Source of the DNA: a virus
Lineage: Duplodnaviria > Heunggongvirae > Uroviricota > Caudoviricetes
Strand: one strand, 5' to 3'
DNA: 11,477 bases
Virus record (IMG/VR): IMGVR_UViG_2778261182_000004
How positions within the stretch are numbered: the first letter of the stretch is position 1; every line of letters begins with the position of its first letter. Positions 7,483-11,477 of the stretch are shown one piece after another. The notes under the pieces were generated by a model. That model was not told the origin of the DNA. It searched no databases and saw only the letters and a list, made by a program, of their open reading frames with translations. The translations under genes and the position numbers were made by a program.

Positions 7483-9240
7483 TCACAGAATTAACAGGTC
7501 CTCATCAGGATCAAGCGTGGACAGAAAGTCATTCACGTCCCCGCCATTTACCAGAAAGCGGCTCATGGCCGTAAAAAGCGCAACAGGGCCGTCGATTTTG
7601 GCTTCAGGCGTGGATTTATTCGGGAAGATATTGTCGTTTTTGTCCGGTTTTACCGTAACGTTAGACATCATCCAGTTCATGACCGGATGATTGCTGTGAT
7701 GGAAACGCCCGGCATAGACCAGTGATTCCGTTTCCTTCATGGCCTCTGACAGATTGCGGACCGTCTGCGGAACCTCCACCAGCGGTATCCCTTCTTCAGC
7801 CAGTGCCAGGCTGAACTGCATCGCGCTCCACGGGTCAAATCCCAGTTCCCTGAGGTTTTCACCACCAATCCATTCCAGTAAGTCACTTTTTATCTGAGCA
7901 TGATCGATAACATCACCATCCGTCAGAATCAGCTTATCCATCTCCGCCCACTTCCGGTAAAGTTCTGCCTGCTGCCGCGAGCATCGTTCCAGCCGTCCTT
8001 CCGGGAGCCAGAATTTAAAATCGGCATGAACATGCCCGTTATCCGTTCGCCAGAGTTTTGCCGCCGCACAGATATCAATCTTATGAGCAAGGTCAACGCC
8101 GACCCACATGGGATACGTTTTCAGCTCATGTCGTGGGGCAATGTATTCGCACTTCTCCCACTTAATCATGTCCATCCAGGCAGACTCGGCAGTGACCCAC
8201 ACATTCATGTGTTTGGTAAAAAAATTCACCCGCGCAGAGACCTGCTCCTTCGCTTTTTTCGCCAGACGACGCAGATCATCCCAGCGTTTACAGATGCCCA
8301 GGCCAGGATTCGCTTTCTGCCAGACCGTTTCATCAAACGGATCATCTCCCTCATCGAGGGTGTAAATGATCGCAAAGTAAGAGTCGTCTTTTACAGCGCC
8401 CTCCACGTCGCTGTTATAGCCACGCAATACCTTGATGGCGTAATCACGCTGCTCGTAACAAATCCCTTCCTTGTTAAACCCTGCCGTGGTGATACCAAAT
8501 AAAAGGGACTGCAGACGGGCACCGGTTGCCGTTTCCAGAACGTCCCACACGTCACGGGTTTTATGTGCATGCAGCTCATCAATAATGGCGCAGTGGATGT
8601 TCAGACCGTCCAGGTTGTTTGCATCCGAGGAAAGCGGTTCAAATTTTGATGCGCTCTGCTCCTGGTAAATCGCCAGCTTGTTGAAGTCAAACAACCGCCC
8701 GAGTGTCGACCGGGCTTTTCTGACCATATTTTTGGCGTCTTCAAACACGATTCTGGCCTGATCACGCGTGGTTGCGGCTGAATACACCTCAGCCCCGCCT
8801 TCACCATCTGCCCCCGTCATATACAGACCAATACCCGATGACAGGGTTGATTTTGCGTTTTTACGGGCAACTTCGTTGTACGCCGTCCGGAACCGGCGCA
8901 CCATCACCGGGCGTCCGCTGCCATCGCTGCGCATGACAACTTCCCCGGTCTCTTCATTCACCAGCGGAATGACAAAACCAAAAATATTAATGAGGATAAA
9001 TACATGCCAGTCCATCAATTCAATGGGCTGGCCTGCCAGCGCCCCTTTCACATGAGGCACAAATTTGTAGAAATTCAGGATGTGCTGCGCACGGGGTTCA
9101 CTGAAATAAATCCCCCGCTCTTCGCCATACTTCAGATCATCAAGAAAACGCTGGCAGGCCAGACGGACAAATTCGCCAGCGACTATTTCTCCTGCAACAA
9201 CACGTTCGGCGTAGCGGATCCCGTCAGCCACTTTTGCCAT
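7483..9240 (-). CDS. Terminase large subunit
   Basis: 585 aa; ATPase-like N-terminal half with a Walker-A-like KNAKST, nuclease-like C-terminal half; located between TerS and portal. Confidence 0.9.
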   Translation of the reverse strand: MAKVADGIRYAERVVAGEIVAGEFVRLACQRFLDDLKYGEERGIYFSEPRAQHILNFYKFVPHVKGALAGQPIELMDWHVFILINIFGFVIPLVNEETGEVVMRSDGSGRPVMVRRFRTAYNEVARKNAKSTLSSGIGLYMTGADGEGGAEVYSAATTRDQARIVFEDAKNMVRKARSTLGRLFDFNKLAIYQEQSASKFEPLSSDANNLDGLNIHCAIIDELHAHKTRDVWDVLETATGARLQSLLFGITTAGFNKEGICYEQRDYAIKVLRGYNSDVEGAVKDDSYFAIIYTLDEGDDPFDETVWQKANPGLGICKRWDDLRRLAKKAKEQVSARVNFFTKHMNVWVTAESAWMDMIKWEKCEYIAPRHELKTYPMWVGVDLAHKIDICAAAKLWRTDNGHVHADFKFWLPEGRLERCSRQQAELYRKWAEMDKLILTDGDVIDHAQIKSDLLEWIGGENLRELGFDPWSAMQFSLALAEEGIPLVEVPQTVRNLSEAMKETESLVYAGRFHHSNHPVMNWMMSNVTVKPDKNDNIFPNKSTPEAKIDGPVALFTAMSRFLVNGGDVNDFLSTLDPDEDLLIL

Positions 9241-9722
9241 CAGTCTCTCGCTTTTAAAAGCTCTGCCAGCGGATCAACATCATCCGGTCCGGCGGTATTT
9301 ACTTTCGCCCGGCTTGCCGGTGACATACCAAATTCTGCAAGCATCGCCCGGATCCGCTTCCAGGCATCCGCTTTCATCGCAGCAGCCGGGTGTGCCTTAA
9401 TCAGCACATCACCGTTCTGCGTTTCCGTGCGGTAGGTGTACCCCTCAACATCGAGTGTTTCGCAGTGATGCCGGTATTCGGTATAGGCTTCCACCAGTAG
9501 CTCAAGCGCACGCGCATCAAGCTGAGAAATGATCCCTTCCGCATTCAGCTCTTCTGCCATTCGCCTGAACCAGTACTTCCCCTGCGCCCCTAAATGTCGC
9601 GGAGTTTTAGGTATCCCTTTTTCATCCTTTTTAGCGGTTTTTTTGGGGTCTTTAACGGGGCGCTTTGAGGGGTTGCCTCGTATCAAATGCAGGCGTGGCG
9701 GGGTTTTCGGGGGTCCAGACAT
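9240..9722 (-). CDS. Terminase small subunit (P27-family-like)
   Basis: N-terminal PPKTPPRLHLIRGNPSKRP resembles the GNPxKRP motif I recall for P27-family small terminases. Its TGA stop shares an ATGA overlap with the TerL start. Confidence 0.75.
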   Translation of the reverse strand: MSGPPKTPPRLHLIRGNPSKRPVKDPKKTAKKDEKGIPKTPRHLGAQGKYWFRRMAEELNAEGIISQLDARALELLVEAYTEYRHHCETLDVEGYTYRTETQNGDVLIKAHPAAAMKADAWKRIRAMLAEFGMSPASRAKVNTAGPDDVDPLAELLKARD

Positions 9723-9869
9723 AATCGGTTTTACCTATCAATCATTCAATCACATTCCAAAAAAAAGTTTTCGAACCTGCGGCGATGCGAGGAAGGGTCA
9801 GGCGGCGGTACTGAGCAGCCAGAGCTGCAGAGATTTGACCCGCCCCTCCCCTACAGATGGGAACTGTTA
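9723..9869. other. Intergenic region between HNH and TerS; possible cos / terminase recognition region
   Basis: 147-bp non-coding gap in an otherwise compact operon, at the position where HK97-like phages carry cos. GC-rich core (GGGTCAGGCGGCGGTACTGAGCAGCCAGAGCTGCAG) after an A-rich tract. Assignment is positional only. Confidence 0.25.
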
Positions 9870-10220
9870 TCAATTGATGCGTTCGCGCGCTGTTTTTGCT
9901 TTATGACAGGGCCAGCACAGACTCTGCAGGTTACTGTCTGCATCCGTGCCACCATGAGCTTTCGGAATGATGTGGTCCACAGTTCTGGCTTCAACGGCTA
10001 TCCCATTGCGCAGGCAGTTCTGACACAGATGATTATCACGCTTCAGTATGCGCGCACGTATGGCATCCCATTTCGAGCCATAGCCACGCTGGTGGCGGCT
10101 CAGTCCGCGCTGGTGCTGCACCCAGCCTTCACCCCGATGTTTATCGCAGTAACCAGAACTGTCTGTGGTTGTACCTGCACATCCACGCTTACGGCAGGCG
10201 CGTGGGATTAGTGATGGCAT
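9870..10220 (-). CDS. HNH endonuclease, terminase-associated (HK97 gp74-like)
   Basis: Cys and His pattern (C..C...H...C..C, DHIIPKAHGG, CWPCH) typical of HNH zinc-finger nucleases; GAGGAG upstream of the ATG; sits immediately upstream of the small terminase gene. Confidence 0.85.
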   Translation of the reverse strand: MPSLIPRACRKRGCAGTTTDSSGYCDKHRGEGWVQHQRGLSRHQRGYGSKWDAIRARILKRDNHLCQNCLRNGIAVEARTVDHIIPKAHGGTDADSNLQSLCWPCHKAKTARERIN

Positions 10221-10263
10221 AGAATTGCGCTCCTCTAAAAAAATATTCTGCTCTCACCGTCGG

Positions 10264-10446
10264 TCAGTTCTGCATACACTGCCGGACACTATCAACAATT
10301 TCGCAGACCTGAGAAGCTGTATCGAAAAGCTGGTGCGCCTTATCCAGGCTGACGCATCCCACCAATAAAAAAGGCACCAGTATCGCTACCAGTGCCCATT
10401 TCGCCGCCGTTCGCGGCATTCTGTGTGTCCAGTGTTTTCGGCTCAT
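10264..10446 (-). CDS. Hypothetical small lipoprotein or signal-anchored protein with Cys-containing C-terminal region
   Basis: ORF track 60 aa. Segment MPRTAAKWALVAILVPFLLVGC is a canonical signal peptide ending in a lipobox-like LVGC; the short mature part has three Cys (VCEIVDSVRQC). The real start may be the internal Met (ATG 10419..10417). Confidence 0.45.
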   Translation of the reverse strand: MSRKHWTHRMPRTAAKWALVAILVPFLLVGCVSLDKAHQLFDTASQVCEIVDSVRQCMQN

Positions 10447-10447
10447 A

Positions 10448-10561
10448 TCACCACCAACGCACAGCCCAAATCAGAACAGCGACCGCCACAAGGCGAATTG
10501 CAAAGGCCGCAGCCCTTGTCAAATCAAGGCTCGCGGGAGTTTCCACTTCAATACCTTTCAT
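10448..10561 (-). CDS. Hypothetical 37-aa membrane peptide, polar N-terminus and C-terminal hydrophobic segment
   Basis: My own translation: MKGIEVETPASLDLTRAAAFAIRLVAVAVLIWAVRWW. ATG at 10561..10559 with GAGG 9 nt upstream; TGA stop at 10450..10448, 1 nt before the next gene's ATG. Below the ORF track size cutoff. Confidence 0.3.
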   Translation of the reverse strand: MKGIEVETPASLDLTRAAAFAIRLVAVAVLIWAVRWW

Positions 10562-10652
10562 AATGGACAACCTCAAAAAGAATCTTTTATACTTTCCCAC
10601 GAGGATTTTCTCCGTACTCACTACTCACAATTTCCTCTTTGACGTGAAAACT

Positions 10653-10687
10653 AAAAACCCCGGACTGTTCCAGCAGCCGGGGTTTTT
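10653..10687. terminator. Bidirectional intrinsic terminator
   Basis: AAAAA CCCCGG aCTG ttccag CAG CCGGGG TTTTT: a GC stem of about 9 bp with one bulge, flanked by an A-run and a T-run, so either transcript ends in a U-run. Confidence 0.6.
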
Positions 10688-10789
10688 GCTATCTGATGCT
10701 GTACCCCTTACTTTCACTCATCGTAACCCCAGAAAAGAGCCTGCGTGAGTTGAGGGTGTTCAGCACTTCAGCGTCATTTTTTAAACTGC

Positions 10790-11335
10790 TTAAACTGCTA
10801 CGCGCTCTTTCATCCAGCCGTAGACAAACGACTCGTTGGCCTCGCGTTTTTCTGCCAGCTCCAGATAGCGGTCGCCCTGCGTGCAATTCAGCGCCTTCAG
10901 CATCACCAGTTCGCCGTCTTTGCCGCGTTTTTGCAGATAAGTCCGTAGTGCATTAATCGTGCGGGGGCCGATACGCCCGTCTGCGTCCATATCCGGGAAC
11001 AATTTGCCTTGCAGGTTGAAAACGTTCAGCCAGCGCTGGAGCATTTTCGATGCTACGGACGGCCCCATATTCACACCGGTATCACACAACTCTGCAGCAA
11101 TATCAGAGGATAATGCGGCCACCTGATCAAAGCGTGGTCCGAACCAGTAATCCTCCTCAAGGATTTCCAGCGCCTGTTCGCGTGTCAGGTCACGCATATC
11201 GCCCTGATATCCGTGAGCGCGGGCGACTTTTTCCGTAATACCCCATTTTGTCGGTCCGCCTTTATCATCCGGGTGATTGACGTAACCGCCCTCTTTTCCC
11301 AGAACTTCGTCAAAAATTTCATCTTTCGACTTCAT
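10790..11335 (-). CDS. Endolysin, GH108-like N-terminal domain with probable peptidoglycan-binding C-terminal domain
   Basis: N-terminal motif EGGYVNHPDDKGGPTKWGIT matches my recollection of the glycoside hydrolase 108 family; no signal or SAR segment. The ORF track starts at 11356 on a TTG codon; an ATG at 11335..11333 preceded by GAAGG about 7 nt upstream is the more likely start. Confidence 0.75.
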   Translation of the reverse strand: MKSKDEIFDEVLGKEGGYVNHPDDKGGPTKWGITEKVARAHGYQGDMRDLTREQALEILEEDYWFGPRFDQVAALSSDIAAELCDTGVNMGPSVASKMLQRWLNVFNLQGKLFPDMDADGRIGPRTINALRTYLQKRGKDGELVMLKALNCTQGDRYLELAEKREANESFVYGWMKERVAV

Positions 11336-11336
11336 A

Positions 11337-11477
11337 TCAGCGCCTTCGTAATACAAAGATTTTTGAAACGTTTCCGCGTGCGCGAATCACCAACACGCAG
11401 AACAGCAGATTAAGCCCAACCGCCAGCCAGTTCGCCGCTAACGGGCGACCGCACAGATAGCTGAGTGGCGCAAAGGC
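11337..11477 (-). CDS. Putative holin, C-terminal part only (5' end beyond window)
   Basis: My own translation of the minus strand from 11477 gives 46 open codons, AFAPLSYLCGRPLAANWLAVGLNLLFCVLVIRARGNVSKIFVLRRR, ending TGA at 11339..11337, one nt before the endolysin ATG. Hydrophobic stretch plus basic tail and position directly upstream of the endolysin fit a holin. Not in the ORF track because it is incomplete. Confidence 0.4.
   Translation of the reverse strand, partial: AFAPLSYLCGRPLAANWLAVGLNLLFCVLVIRARGNVSKIFVLRRR

Larger units (their letters stand above)
1..11477 (-). mobile_element. Phage or prophage late region: lysis genes, HK97-like packaging and head module, siphovirus-type tail module
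   Basis: Unbroken minus-strand run of tightly packed or overlapping genes in canonical order (holin, endolysin, HNH, TerS, TerL, portal, protease, capsid, connectors, major tail, G/G-T, tape measure). Window boundaries are not phage boundaries. Confidence 0.85.

Noticed and set aside
1693-8807. Same-strand nested ORFs in other frames (1693..1917, 2289..2549, 4398..4661, 5190..5465, 5657..5950, 8391..8582, 8601..8807)
   Set aside because: Fully embedded in larger genes in alternative frames; Cys/Arg/Trp-rich products typical of out-of-frame translation; no independent signals.
9795-9815. GGCGGCGG-containing stretch that loosely recalls the lambda cohesive end
   Set aside because: The resemblance is a short GC-rich string only. 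I cannot align it to a known cos sequence from memory, so it is kept only as a positional candidate.
10264-10446. Hok/Gef-type toxin identity for the small lipoprotein-like protein
   Set aside because: It shares only a short CEI-type motif and a general TM-plus-Cys layout with Hok/Gef as I recall them, and a lipobox is not a Hok feature. Too weak to call; kept as unknown.
10392-10748. 118-aa plus-strand ORF across the 10446..10790 region
   Set aside because: It would be translated straight through the bidirectional terminator and overlaps the minus-strand small-protein genes antisense; no RBS; low-complexity product.
10689-10886. 65-aa minus-strand ORF overlapping the endolysin 3' end
   Set aside because: Its first two-thirds are an alternative frame of the endolysin; only the last 10 codons (MSESKGYSIR) are intergenic, and they end just before the terminator hairpin. 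Most likely spurious.
1-11477. Search for CRISPR repeats, tRNA or rRNA genes, integrase, transposase or IS-like inverted repeats
   Set aside because: No regularly spaced direct repeats, no tRNA-like structures and no recombinase-sized ORFs were seen; the window is filled by late-operon genes.

Overview
The window is a contiguous late-gene block of a tailed phage or prophage, with every supported gene on the minus strand. Read in the direction of transcription (high to low coordinates) it runs: holin C-terminus (cut by the window edge), GH108-like endolysin, a strong bidirectional terminator, two small membrane-protein genes of unknown function, HNH endonuclease, small and large terminase, portal, prohead protease, HK97-fold major capsid protein, four head-tail joining genes, major tail protein with a C-terminal Ig-like domain, tail assembly chaperones G and G-T with a directly visible -1 frameshift site, and the start of the tape measure protein (runs off the window). 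Codon usage and Shine-Dalgarno patterns look enterobacterial, but I cannot name the phage or host from sequence alone. All family assignments rest on recalled motifs and gene order, not on searches. No tRNA, rRNA, CRISPR array, integrase or transposase was seen. I did not find a recognisable defence or other multi-gene system; the best candidates for something undescribed are the small membrane-protein pair at 10264..10561 and an unlisted hydrophobic 46-codon ORF in the terminase-portal gap, both unverified. The plus-strand ORFs in the supplied track all lie antisense to these genes and are treated as shadows.
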